Positions 26,103 through 39,249 of a stretch of DNA of 64,000 nucleotides are shown one piece after another. The notes below the pieces were generated by a model, which did not search any database, was not told the DNA's origin, and saw nothing but the letters and a program-made list of their open reading frames with translations. Made by a program: the position numbers and the translations under genes. Source of the DNA: Eledone cirrhosa (taxonomy: Eukaryota); the NCBI GenBank assembly GCA_964016885.1, contig OZ024742.1:295554001-295618000 (forward strand). The letters are read 5' to 3'. Positions within the stretch are counted from its first letter, which is position 1. Each line of letters begins with the position of its first letter.

Positions 26103-27147
26103 TTGTATGAAATGTTCATTTTTGCTTAAGTAATTTTAATATAGCTGAAACTATGTAGCTATTACCTCTTAATTTAATAATAATTAAGAAGCTGAATAGA
26201 TAATTTGAAATTTAAGTCAACGGACAGGTCATTTATCTGCTGATTTTAAACTGATATAGAGAAATATGTTTCATTAATCATTTGTTCTGCTTGTAAGATT
26301 AATAAAACTTACATTCATTATCTATTTTAAGTTAGATTGGTTCAATACTTTCATACAAAATTAATTAATATTCATTAAAACTAATTAAATCAATATTTGA
26401 AGAATATTATTTATTAAAACAATTCCATTATTACTGTCTCATACTGGGGGGGGGGGGGGGGGCTTTTGTTTTGTTTTGAGTTCTTTATATAAATTTCAGT
26501 AAGGTACATTTTAGTCAAATTTCTTGACTATCAGGTACATCTTCTTAGTATAAATCCTTTATGTGATGAGGTGTTTTATAAAGTTGTCCAATTATCATTT
26601 TTAGGTAAGATGTAGTAGGGTTTTGGTAACCTGGCTGAAGTTCTCAAAATGTCAGAGTTTACTTGTTTGGCAACTGACTTGATTTGACAAAATCTGTTGA
26701 AACTAAAGTCATTACATTGTGAAAGAACCCTTTTTACCATAAAAAATATTACACACAAAAATGTATGTTCATTTTTCCTTTAATTTGTTGTATCACAATT
26801 TTGTCACATGCTGCAACTTCGTCAAATTCTTTAAAATAGTTTCTGTTCTATGTATTACTTAACTATATAAGTTTGAAAATAATAAAAAAATTTAGAAATT
26901 TAGTGGAACAACCAATTTTCTCATTATTAAATAGGTGCATGGAACATAACTTAACAAAGATTCTCACATAATATTATGGTGGAAGGTTTTCAGGTAAGTA
27001 TAAACACTTTAAAACAAATAGTTTTGAATTGTAAAATCAGATGCCATTTCAGGTAGGTTAGTATCAATAGGGTCAAGTTGGTGTTTGGAACATAAAGTTT
27101 CATACATAAAATTATGATGAAAGGTTTTTTTAGAGAACAATAAACAA

Positions 27148-27311
27148 ACACTGTAAATGTGGTTGGCATTAGGAAGGGCATCCAGTAATATAAAGCAAGC
27201 CAGAAACAGTTCTGTATGAGAAAGACATGGTCACCTAACTCGACTTCCCTCAAATGAGACAATCCGTCTAACCCACGCTAAATGTATGTTGATGGCGATG
27301 ATGATGATGAT
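27148..27311 (+). mobile_element. RTE-related SINE fragment
   Basis: CACTGTAAATGTGGTTGGCATTAGGAAGGGCATCCAG...CCGTCTAACCCACGCTA...(TGA)n; TAAACACTTT.AAACAAA occurs on both sides (27002 and 27311). Confidence 0.8.
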
Positions 27312-28540
27312 AAACACTTTTAAACAAACAGCTCTGTATTGTAAAATCAGGGGCCATTTTAGTTGTTATGGTATAGAAAAAGTTTAAGAAATATCTGGAT
27401 TGTTGGTTTAGTTAGCATTTCCTTTAGTTTCCTTCATTTCAGTTATATTGATAAAACCCCAAAGGAGAAGCCTGGATTTCATAGAATTTTATTTCCTCTA
27501 TCCTATAACTCTGATGTCTTGGTGTTTAAATAAGGAATCAGCATTGAACTATTTCAGTTCGTTTAATCAACCCTTAACTTTGTTTTGAGGGAAATGAGAA
27601 TGACAGACATGACAGTGTGTATTTCAAGATCTTTGATTCCCAATGAGGCTTATCTGCCAATATTTCCATGACACAACCATTAAGTTAATCCAGAAATTCA
27701 TTGGAATAGCGCTTAGATCTGCTTTCTGTGATATTAAGTAAATGAGAGACAGATTGTCCCTCAAGTAGAATTTAACTTTATTACAAACAGCTTGCAAGAG
27801 CAGTTCATGCTATTTATGATTGCGCTAAACGCAGCAGTGTTGGGGTTGGCACTGTTGTGGTAAATTTAGTGAAGAGAATTTAGTGATTCACAGAAAGCAG
27901 CTATGACATCTGTCCACTTCACTTTAACTTACTCCATTAAGAAATTCTGTATATTTCGGACATAACTTTATATAACAATGAATTCACTGCAATAGAATGG
28001 TTTTGATGATGAGTGTTGTAGTTGTTCAATTAACAGAACAGTCTGCTCATGAAATTTACATATACGTGGCTGAGTATTCCACAAACACTTAACATAATCC
28101 TTCAAGGGATTCAGCATGACTTAGTGAATTATGTGTACAGCCCATATAACAGTCTTCCAAAATGTTCTGTTTAGACAGATTCAACCGTCTAACCCATGCT
28201 AGCGTGGAAGAACGGACGTAAAACGGTGATGATGATGATGATGATGAAGGTTATAGCAAATGACACTTGTTCAAAATTCCATGGAGTAGGGTTGAACTTA
28301 GGACCTTATGAATGTGAAATGAACTTCTTCAACAATTGGCTATGCTGCATCCACTATTAATACAATAAAAAAAACATTTTTCCTATGTTCTAACACTTCT
28401 GCTAATCCATCATCAATAAAGGTATATCAAGAAGAAATTAAAATAAATTGTTTATACACATTTGAGTGTTGGGCTTGAAAAGAAGAGATAATTCAGGACT
28501 GTGGTATAGGAAAAGTTATACAGTTAACTTAGTCAAACTG

Positions 28541-28801
28541 TGAGAAGAAAAAGAAGAGGAAGAAGAAAAAGTAGAAGAAAAAGGAAAAGAAAAAAGAAAA
28601 AGAAAAAGAAAAAAAAAGAAAAAGAAAAAGAAAGGAAAAAGAAGAAAAGAAGAAAATAAGAAAAAAAGAAAAAAAGAAAAAAAGAAAAAAAAAGAAAAAA
28701 AAAGAAAAAAAGAAAAAAGAAAAAAGAAAAAAAGAAATAAAGGAAAAAAAAGAAAAAAGAAAAAGAAGAAGAAGAAGAAGAAGAAGAAGAAGAAGAAGAA
28801 G
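28541..28801 (+). repeat. Polypurine (A-rich/GAA) tract
   Basis: About 260 nt almost exclusively A/G, ending in (GAA)n. Confidence 0.95.
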
Positions 28802-28888
28802 CAACAGCATTTAGCACAGTTAACTTTTATGGCTTTTCCATTTATTTCTTAAAGACAAAATTCTCTGACATTATATGTTACTGAAACA

Positions 28889-29071
28889 AGGGCGGTGAAT
28901 TGGCAGTATCGGTAGAGGGTCGGACATGCTTTCCAGCGTAGTTACGTCCCTTTACGATCTGAGTTCAAATCCCGCCGAGGTTAACTTTGCCTTTCATCCT
29001 TACGGGGTCGATAGAATAAAGTACCAGTAATGTACTGGGTAATTGCTGGCCTTGTGCCAAAAGTAGAAACA
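28889..29071 (+). mobile_element. Young full-length tRNA-derived SINE, family A
   Basis: Intact A and B boxes, CpGs retained, 19-bp target duplication ATTATATGTTACTGAAACA at 28870-88 and 29072-90. Confidence 0.95.
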
Positions 29072-29114
29072 ATTATATGTTACTGAAACATAAAGAATAT
29101 GAATAATGATCATT

Positions 29115-29332
29115 GGGAGCAGAAGTGCTGGGAGTTCCAAGTGGAAGAAGGCAGTGGAAGAAGGAAGGCTAAGGAAAGACTTGAGCAGAAGTGGTGAAAG
29201 CTGACCCTAAGAAACTACACCTCGCAGATGAAAAGAAATAGGAACAAAACATGTGAAGGGACGCTGTACTGAAGATGACTCAACTAACACACGTGGGCAC
29301 AGAATAATGGGAATATAAATTATGATGATGAT
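29115..29332 (+). mobile_element. Decayed RTE 3' fragment
   Basis: Frameshifted remnant of the KC...VE...GR..RKT..EVVKAD region, with a short (TGA)n tail. Confidence 0.6.
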
Positions 29333-29437
29333 TAATTTCTAAGGAATCCTTTATCTACTTACTGCCAGCTTATATTGGATTATCTATTTATAAATCATCA
29401 CATTTAGTTATATACATCAGTTAGTTTCTATGGCATG

Positions 29438-29490
<53 letters not shown>

Positions 29491-29719
29491 TACATTTATA
29501 TATATATACACATATACATATATATATGTATGTATACACACACACACACACATAGATTTATATATATACACATATACATATATATATGTATACACACACA
29601 TACATTTATATATATACACATATACATATATATATGTATACACACACATACATGTATATATATATACATATACATATATATATATATATGTATACACACA
29701 CACACATACATTTATATAC

Positions 29720-29759
<40 letters not shown>

Positions 29760-29792
29760 ATTTATATATATACACATATACATATATATATG

Positions 29793-29838
<46 letters not shown>

Positions 29839-29990
29839 TATATGTATGTATATATATATATATACATATATATATATGTATGTGTATATATATATATATA
29901 CACACACCCACATATATGTATGTATATATATATATATAAACACACACACATGCATTTATATATATACACATATACATATATATATGTATG

Positions 29991-30027
<37 letters not shown>

Positions 30028-30143
30028 GTATATATATATACATGTACACACATACATATATATATGCACACATGTACACACATACATATATATATATATG
30101 CACACATACTACATATATATATATAAAATATATATATATACAC
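29438..30143 (+). repeat. Complex (TA)/(CA)/(TACA) microsatellite
   Basis: Low-complexity tract that accounts for the overlapping IY-rich ORFs. Confidence 0.97.
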
Positions 30144-30145
30144 AT

Positions 30146-30810
30146 TTAGTGAAATGAAACTTATCTGATAAACATTCTAATATTGACTATTGTGATGTTC
30201 GTTGGCCCTGTGATTTATTCTATGAACCCATAGTTAGGGCAGATACGACCTATGAATCTAAGTCATGTGAAATTAATTTGCCTTACCTGCCTCCTATGGT
30301 GCATAGTGCATGTATCATTTAATTACTTCTGTGTGCATTCACTTGCCTCTGTTTCTCATTTGATACTCTATGACTGTAAGTCATGGAAAACTAACTCACC
30401 TGTCTTCTATAGATGACCAATGCATACCTTCTTTTGTGTGCCTTCACATGCCTCAATTTCTTTTTCTCTCTTTTTTAATTATCTTTAATTATCTTTAATT
30501 GCTTTTAATTGCTTTTGTGTATCTTCACATGCCTCATTTTTTGTGAGAAAATCTGCTTGTATTCTCATATTTTGCTATAATGTTGACTAACAACCCCATT
30601 ACTCATTCTCTTCATCCTTCTCATCTCCAATCTCCCTCTTATCATCCTGTACTGTATCTCTACTGTTCTGGTGACTAAGCTTGGTAGAGCTTATATTCAA
30701 CATTATATTTTTGTTTATAACACTCTGATGATTCCTGCCCCACGGTATGGATGAAACATTGTCAGCAAATAAAAATTGTTTGAGTATATAGGCGTTCTTT
30801 GATTTCTTTT
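30146..30810 (+). mobile_element. Non-coding PLE-like cassette between TA microsatellites, carrying an HHR
   Basis: CT-CTGATGA-TTCC..GGAT-GAAA-CATTG-TC-AG at 30723-30765, followed by AATAAA and then (TA)n. Confidence 0.6.
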
Positions 30811-31777
30811 ATCTATATATATATATACACATACATATTTGATTGAAGAGCTTATTGATGTCATTTAAGGCATATTGGTTGTTTTACTAAAATTGCAGAT
30901 TACATGGGTTCCTTTGGAATTATTCCTGTTCTGCCCATGACAAGTTATTGTCACCAATGTTTGGTTTACGTAACTACTTTAGAGGTGCACTTGTTTTGCA
31001 TGTCGACATATTTCAGAATGAACATTTGGCAACCAACTAAAAAAAAAAGGTATTTCTACAAATGCATAAACAGTACAAAATAAACAAAAATCAAATGAAA
31101 TAAACAGAAACAAAACATGGTCAACATTTGGATATAAAGTATATTATTATTATGAAGCGTCGGACAATATGCTTTATGACAGAGTTACGGCCCTTTACGA
31201 TCTAAGTTAAAATATGAGTGATTTAATTGACACACCAAAATATGAAACATATGAACAAGATGTAGTTAACTGGCCATGGCTTGTCTTGGAACATGATAAC
31301 CTCTCTAACCAATGCCAGCATGTAGACATGAATGATGGTAATTATGGTGATGATGATAGTCACCTCTTGTGATGGTGCAATTGTTTTAGATTTCTTTAAC
31401 TTTGTTTTGTAGGCAACCCCAACATTCCTTGCTGCAGTGTGTAATTGAGGAAAAGTGCATGTATTTTTTTAAAACTTATTTTTATTGCTATTATGCATTT
31501 ATTTTATTAATTATTTGCATATTCAAAATCATACTGAATACATTTATTTCTTTTTTATAACTTATGAAGAACGATAGAATTTTGAATATTTTAAATCCCA
31601 ATGAAATACTTTAGTTAGATATACTAAAGATACTTACTGAATTATTTCGTTTCGTTAGACTTGCAAAATTTAACCATTTCTTATTAAAATTTTTTTTAAC
31701 GAATTAAATTAGTGTTCATTTTCTTCTTCATTACATACATGAAAAATATTGTTAATGGCACATTAAGTAGAGCAGAC

Positions 31778-33308
31778 TTCAGTATTTAATTATTAATTAT
31801 CAATTATCATATTAAATAAAATCTCTAATTTCCTAAAGGATTTTACTGTATGCTGTAACAAATATATCAAACCAAAAGCACTACTTTCAAATTTTATATT
31901 TTATCAAATCATATCCACTTAGATAAATCTCATCAGACCATTCCTGCTAATAGGAAGAATGAAGCTAAAATCAAATTAGTTTTAGAGCACAAGTCAAACA
32001 AATGTAGTGTGTGTAAATGTAATTTGATGGAATTATTCCAGTGTAAAAGTAGGGTTGAGCAAATGGTGGCTCTTTTCTTTCAAATAAAATTCTAATCACC
32101 AGATTTTCAATTAAATTTACACATTGCAGTAAATTGATATGGACTTTTACATGACATAAGTACTTTGTGAATTGTCTGCTAGATAAAATTGCTTAGAGTA
32201 CTAATGGGACTAAATAAATAATTATTTGATATTTAAAACACTAGAGATACATTTCTAGAGCGTTCTGTTATATAGAAACTTTTAAAAGATTGAGAAATTG
32301 GCAAATAGAAATTCTTAATTGTTTGACTAATGTATAATCTTTTAATATAATACCATTATATCAAATTTTGGTAAGATATTCAGTTTATAAAGATAAAGAT
32401 AAAGCATTTACAAATGAAATCTTCAGTATATCATATTTCAATAGAAAACAGACATGTACATATAAAGGATTGCTAGTGCTGACACGAATAAGCAAAAACT
32501 ATTTGAATGATAAATGAAATTATCAATAAACAAATCTGCATTGGGAAAATTTGAAATGCGTTCATCTCAATGCAAATAATCATAACAATGGCTGATCAAT
32601 GTAAATAATAGTTGAAAAAAATGTTAAGTCAACTACTTCGTTTATACACTTCTACCCACAGGCATAACACCTTCTAAAAAGATGGAACTGAATGGTTAAA
32701 GCATATTATCCAGCATCTGAGAGTTGCAGGGTTTGATTCCTTGTATTCTCAGGTCCCAAACAATAGGAGGGAGTGGGATAAGTGGGGTAGTTGGAATAAG
32801 CAGGGGAGTTGGAATAAGAGGGGAGTGAAGGGAATAAGCAGGAGGGTTTGAAAATCATTGATTTTTCTTGGTTGTCTCCATTGATTTAAAAAAAAAACAA
32901 ACAGAATTAGTTGTTTAGTTTACATATTTAGACCCAACCCATCCTATTTATTTTATAACATATGGGATTTCTAGTAATGTTATTTCTTTTGTCATGTATA
33001 ATGTTTTTTAATGTGTAAAAAAATTGTTGCAGGACTGTTACCACTTAAAATAAAATACCATCAGAGATAGATTAGCAAAATTTGATAAGTGGAGATGGGG
33101 TGGGTGGAATAAGAGTGGTGAGGATTGCAAAACATCTGAGAAATTATTAAGTAGGGGGGATTATTCGAAACACAAGAATAGGTATCTCTGTCCACTTTTT
33201 CAGTATTTAATTATTAATTATCAATTATCATATTAAATAAAATCACTAATTTCCTGAAGGATTTTACTGTATGCTGTAACAAATATATCAAGCCACAAGC
33301 ACTACTTT
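31778..33308 (+). repeat. Dispersed 110-bp direct repeat (31778-31887 and 33199-33308)
   Basis: TTCAGTATTTAATTATT...AAGCACTACTTT; 4 mismatches. Confidence 0.93.
32744..33180. mobile_element. Tc1/mariner-type MITE inserted in a tRNA-SINE head
   Basis: Imperfect TIRs TATTCTCAGGTCCCAAACAAT and ATTATTCGAAACACAAGAATA with TA ends; internal GGAATAAG repeats. Confidence 0.55.
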
Positions 33309-33797
33309 ACCCAATTCTCTCAATTATTAAACTATTATTTAAAGTGATCAACTATTATTATGGTCATTTGCATTGGGATACACATATTTAAAATTTCAAA
33401 TTTATTAATATTCTTTATAATCTTTGTGTGTGAATGCTTGGAATCATTTTATTGAAAGAAAGTTGGGGAAAATCAATACAACATTTCGAAAATGTTACTG
33501 ATAAACATGACAGTAGGACCAATAGAAGAAAAGATATTTCTGTGTATGGATTAAATACTGATTTTCTTCTGTTTTCAATAGATACTGAAAACTTCTGATA
33601 TGTCTTTAGACTTCCTAGAGACAGTTGAATGCCTTTCAAAGGACAGATTTGATAGCAGATTCAACTGAGGTCTTTTATAAAGAAGGCTTTTTATTAATAA
33701 AAAATTCAGTTCAAGATTATTTGCATATTAAATGTAGCTCTCAATTCAGAGAAGCAGGTAGAAATAGTTGAACATTTTCATTTCTGTGGACGATAGA

Positions 33798-33986
33798 TAT
33801 GGTGATGATAATGATGATGATGATCATAAGGATAATGGTGATAATGGTGATGATGAGATTGATGATGATGATAGTGAAGTTGATGATGCTAATAAAGTTG
33901 ATGATGATCTTGACAATGATGACAATGATAATGGTGATAATGATGATATTTAAGATGATGATCATGATGATCATGATGATGATGAT
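33798..33986 (+). repeat. Degenerate (ATG)n microsatellite
   Basis: GATGATGAT-type run; source of the M/I- and D-rich ORFs. Confidence 0.93.
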
Positions 33987-34239
33987 TGCTCCAGTCCACT
34001 CAGTTGATAAAAATGAGTTGTACCTGTGTTATTCTGAATCTATCTCCTTGAGAACTAAAAGAAGGGTGCATGGGTTTGTGGAATGCTCAGCTGCATGCAC
34101 AAAACAACAAAAGTGTTACTGTGGAGAACGGTCAGCGACACCTGCACCAACAACCACCCCACCTCTCAGGGCTTCTTCTTTAAGTAAGCCGCTGTCTTTT
34201 AACTTTGTAGAGGAAATCAGCACTGTGGGGACCAAGTAC

Positions 34240-34830
34240 GTCTGAGGTTTTGATGGAAACTGCTGCAAGCCATGGTATTTGACTATCTTCCTCTCTTCTG
34301 CATTGTGAACAGTGGAGCCTGGGTTTGTGGCTGAAGCAACAAGGCTGGAAACAGAGAATGAGTCACTGCACATCACGTCCCAAATTAGGATTTGGCCCCT
34401 TCAAGGGGGATGAGGGTTAATCCCTCAGGGTGCATGTCATCGCCACATTCAAGGTCAGCTAGCTCCAATTGTGACAAGAAACTGGCTATGGTGAGGCTCC
34501 TTCCGATGATGTCATTCAGAAGAGCATGATGGGGGAGTGGCCTGCACTAAGGCAACAAGATAACAGGTGAAGATTGAACTCGTTGACCCCTGCTCCATAA
34601 TGGCATCTGTGTGGCTCACACATATGGAGGCCAATGTACTGTGCCATGCCAATTCATGTGCACTCTTCATCAAGAAGGGTACCAGTTGATGAGAAAGGCA
34701 TGAAGTAGAGCCAAGTGCCACTGTTTGGTTGTTTGACAGCAGAGCATAGGCAGGTGAGCCAGTGCTGGTCCAAGGAAAACTCGATCCACCTGAGGGCAGA
34801 CTTGTACTTGACGTCAAAACCCAGTTACAT
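34240..34830 (-). pseudogene. Decayed CRE-like non-LTR retrotransposon (Zn knuckle plus RLE)
   Basis: Frameshifted LASICVSH...LHLLSC.LSAG...HALLNDII.RSL...PEGLTLIP...LIWDVMCSDSF.VSSL.ASA..PG...AEERKIVKY. Confidence 0.7.
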
Positions 34831-35055
34831 TGGACATCAGTACACTGAAGTTCTTGAAATTTGGTATTTAGTGCTAGACAATTCCACAGTAATTTCCATT
34901 TTCACTTTTATACAATTAAATTATTCTTTCTAGTGAAAAAGCAATTTCACTCCAAATTCTAATATATAAAATCTGGACAGCTTTAAAATTGAATTATTTC
35001 ACATGTCTATAATTTGTTTTTTATAATCTGTTTACACATGCTGCTCTAATGAGTT

Positions 35056-35118
<63 letters not shown>

Positions 35119-35381
35119 GTTTGTATGTATATATCTGTATGTTTGTATGTGTGTGTATATATATATATGTATATATACATGCACACATAAAATGCACACA
35201 CTCCACTCTGTAAAGTGGTAGTGCTGTCACTATGTTGAAATGCATCCACCACACTCTCTAAAGTGGTAGAGCTGGTGCAATAGAGGCTGGCATTAAGAAG
35301 GGCATCCAACCACAGAAACTATGTAATCACAGAATGTGACAACCTTTCCAACCGATGCCAGCTGTGATGATGATGGCAATG

Positions 35382-35431
<50 letters not shown>

Positions 35432-37922
35432 TATAGTAATAATAATAAATTTGAAGACTAAAATCCAAAGAGGGCTCGATAAGGATAAATATATATCAAA
35501 TATATAAGAATCGTAGAGCAAATATTTATTAAAATAACAGATTAAAGTTTAAGCAAAGAATCTCTGCTTTCACCCTTAACAGGATCTTCTGAAACTAAAA
35601 AAATCAATATGTGAACGCAGAAGTAAATATTTCGACAAACGTTGCAACAGAAGGAAGACAGGAAGACGATACTTTGGTTCGTAGAGACGTTCCATGGCAA
35701 AGAACGAAAAAAAAAACGAAGATAATACGTCATTATTTGGAACGGTGAGAACACGCAAAGACAAAACCACGTTTATGGTATAAATGAAGTCCTAGACTAA
35801 TATTCTATTTGGTGGTTTGTGGAGACGTTCCCTGGCAATAAAGGAAAAAAAAAAACGAAGATAATACGTCATTATGTGGAGCGGTGAGATCAATTACACG
35901 CATATACAAAACCACGTTTATGGTATAACTGAAGTCGTAGACTAAAATTCTATTTAGGAAACCGAATGATTCTCGGCTTCAGAGTTAAGAATAATGTAAA
36001 TAAATTACAGAGGTTATTGAAATCAACAATAATTAAATATATACATGCACGCAACCGTATACGTACATACACATGCATACGCGAAAACACCCGCCATGGG
36101 TATGCAAATACAGGCACGTGCACATAAACCCACGCAACGCCTGTACCTGCACACATACGAACGAATACACCAAATACACATAAAACATATATAAAAAAAA
36201 ATATATATATGCGTGTGTGTGTGTGCGCGTATACATATAATTATATAAACGTATATAAATATACACACATTAATACGCATATAACGCGCGCACACACATA
36301 CCTACATGTAAATGCACATATGTTCGCTAAACGTACGTCAACCAAAACACAAAGTACACATATACACACATCCTACATACGTGCAAGCCCGCAGACACAC
36401 ACAAACGCAAAACTCACGTATACACATAACCATATACACATGTACCAGTATATATAATGTAATATATACGCCTATAACAAATACAAGGAAATAAACGTAC
36501 GAGAAAATATATGTACCTTCACAAAACATACAGGTAATATATACTTACCTATACAAATAAGTAATGGTATAAACATAACATACTTAGCTACCACATCAAG
36601 ACGTAAATTATCTGCGTATAGTTCGTACTATCCGTTAGGGTATAATGTGGGGCTGTAATGCAGGAAAGTTTTGTGCAATTTATGTTTACAAACCAAAATT
36701 GCCTCAGATTTTTTGTTTAAGATGTGGTCATTGGCGTAGAGTATTTCCAGCGCTTCAGCGGCGCAGAGGTCACATGGTCTTTTATTTCCGTTATATGATC
36801 TAGCCTTAACTAGGATCTCCCAGTGTAACCTATATTGGGTGTGGTTGTCTTTTAGACTCCAGATATAAGCTGAAAGTGACGTCATATTCCTTCTTAAAGG
36901 GTTAAGAAAAGAATGGGTATACATGTAAAGACGCTGCTTGAATCTATTGGCCGTTAACCCTATGTAGGCCCTACGGGACGTGGATGTTTCAACCTTACAT
37001 TTGTAGACAATGTTACTAGAGAGGCATTTCCCGGATAGGGGGCAGTTAACCCGATTCCTACAATTACAGTTAGTACTAGCTACAGGGTTGCACGTGTTCC
37101 TACAGCTAGGTAATTTAGCTAAATTTGAAGCAGTGATGTTACGTGCAAGGTTAGGAGTCGTAGAGTAAGAAATTTTAATAGAGTAAGACATTTTAATGGT
37201 ATTTCTATTAAAAATTTTATTATATTTATGGGCTGGGGGAAATACTTCATAATAAGGGAGAGAAAGATCTTAGCTAATGGTGTGGCCACCTCCATATTAT
37301 ATGGTGGGTTATACCATATAATACGTCGGGATCTATTATTCCTAGGTCTATGCTCATACTCGGTATATGCTACCTTATCGACAAATCCACTCCGAGCAAG
37401 AGCTTCATTGTAATATGTGGAATGGTCCGTGAAAATATGCTCGTTTGTAGATAGATGGGAAAGCCTCAAAGAAACGTTTCTTACTAGGTTCTTGATTATG
37501 CTGGCAGGATGGTTAGAATACTTACTTATGTAATTAAGCGTATCATTCGGCTTTATTAGTCTACGACTTCATTTATACCATAAACGTGGTTTTGTCTTTG
37601 CGTGTAATTGTTCTCACCGCTCCAAATAATGACGTATTATCTTTTTCCGTTCTTTACCAGGGAACGTCTCCACGAACCAAAGTATCGTCTTCCTGTCTTC
37701 CTTTGGTTGCAACGTTTTTCGAAATATTTACTTCTGCATTCACAGATTGATATTTTTAGTTTCAGAAGATCCCGTTACGGGTGAAAGCAGCGATTCTTTG
37801 CTTAAACTTTAATCTGTTATTTTAATAAATATTTGCTCTACGGTTCTTATATATTTGATATATATTTATCCTTATCGAGCCTTCTTTGGATTTTAGTCTT
37901 CAAAGTTATTATTAATACTATA
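35432..37922 (-). mobile_element. 5'-truncated Penelope-like element (Naiad-like) with inverted terminal repeats
   Basis: 35432-35800 is approximately the reverse complement of 37556-37922; flanked by (CTAT)n and (TA)n; encloses the RT-thumb/GIY-YIG ORF. Confidence 0.9.
36628..37554 (-). pseudogene. PLE RT thumb plus GIY-YIG endonuclease, frameshifted
   Basis: KPNDTLNYISKYSNHP..IIWYNPPY..; 1-nt loss in the C-run at about 37235; then KIFNRNTIKMSYS..CNCR....CPLSGKCL..NIVY..YIGLT...FKQR..LS.YIWSLK..CDLC..E. Confidence 0.92.
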
Positions 37923-39115
37923 TATATATATGGTTATATGGTCAAGTGCTGGTCTTCCACAACCAGCCTGGCCTAAACTTGTGCCTTCAAGGGAGAACTT
38001 ACTAGGTGTGAATCTCATGGTCATTTGTGACAGAAGGGGGTCATATATATATGTATATTCACATGCACATTAATATCTTGTATTGGAGAAGAGCTGAGAC
38101 TCTCTAAATTACATGAACTGTTGTGACAAATAATATATGCTGGTGAATTATAGCAACTTAATTAATGGTAACAATATTGCTTCAATAAAGATGTTCACTG
38201 TTTCCATCTACCAAATTCCATGCACAAAGTATTGGTCAGCTATTGTTGAAGACACTCACCCACAGTACTGCACTGTGGCATTGAGCCTGGAACCACATGA
38301 ATGCAAGCTATATGTGCTTCTATAGTGTGGAAAAATATAATATATTCATCTTTGGCATAGACACAAGGCCATAAATTTGGTTGGAGTGGGAACTGTTGAT
38401 TATATTGCATCATCCACTCAGTAAATGACTGGTACTTTATTTTATCTTATCTTGAAAGATGAATAATGAATGGGGGGATCTAATAACATAACTAGATTTC
38501 TTCTTATTAAGGTGGTGTTTGGAACATAAAATTGTGATGGAAGGTTTTCATTTTAGATAAATACAAACACTTTAAATAAACAGTTTTTGTATTATAGAAC
38601 CAGTTATGGTTTCAGGCAGTTTGGTATCAAAAGGGTTAAAGTGTCCATCTTAGCGAGAATGCATATTCTTTCCTTATTTACATGTTCTACAGTAATTCTA
38701 GTAATGGCTCATGAAAACGTTTCTGTATGCCGTTATACCCTCTCTCTCTCCACACACGTCTACTTTACCAACTCTACAAAAACACATTGATTTGTAGATC
38801 TGAACTTCTTTCTGAAAGATAAATGTACAAACGTTATTTTATGCTTTCATCATAACATCTTATGTTTGTACAATAAAGTTTCCTGCTATCCTAAGAAGCT
38901 TCTTGGTAGTTTTTCAAATCTATATTGCATTTAATACCCAATATAATATTTGCAAATCTGGATAAGCAAAATAAAACAAGGGCTATAGGGAAATCTCCCT
39001 CTCTCTCTCTCATATATATATATATATGTATATACATAGACTCTTTTACATATGAAAATCTGGAATCTGAATGAGTGAATAACTATAGACCATGTAAGTA
39101 TGATATATATATATA

Positions 39116-39245
39116 TTTCATTTCATTTCATTTTACGTCCGCTTTTTCCCTGCTTGCAAGGGTGGGACGGGAACTGATTCTGGCTTGATTTCTACAGCTG
39201 AATGCCTTTCCTAACACCAACCTCATTTACAGTGAGTGCAGGGAG
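39116..39245 (-). mobile_element. RTE-related SINE fragment with tail type A
   Basis: Reverse complement of about 57970-58090 (CCCACCCTTGCAAGCAGGGAAAAAGCGGACGTAAAATGAAATG). Confidence 0.85.
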
Positions 39246-39249
39246 CTAA

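Noticed and set aside
27600-27900. Neuropeptide-like peptide (..RSKRYSNEFLD*) and a 13-bp inverted repeat CTGCTTTCTGTGA
   Set aside because: In-frame stops lie just upstream with no good acceptor, and the short inverted repeat alone is weak evidence.
28529-28817. Phe/Leu-rich membrane-protein-like ORFs
   Set aside because: Reverse complement of a polypurine tract.
28889-28980. tRNA gene (A and B boxes; likewise 21541, 23911 and 58841)
   Set aside because: No proper cloverleaf, and each continues into a SINE body, some with target duplications.
29428-30157. Overlapping IY/HT-rich ORFs (also 40733-41694 and 47999-48585)
   Set aside because: Microsatellite artefacts.
33741-34245. Met/Ile- and Asp-rich ORFs
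   Set aside because: An (ATG)n microsatellite running into a SINE fragment.
36628-37554. Selenocysteine recoding, reported for some Naiad PLEs
   Set aside because: No in-frame TGA in the visible ORF, the Cys positions use Cys codons, and the ATGAC in the 3' repeat lacks the SECIS apical AA.
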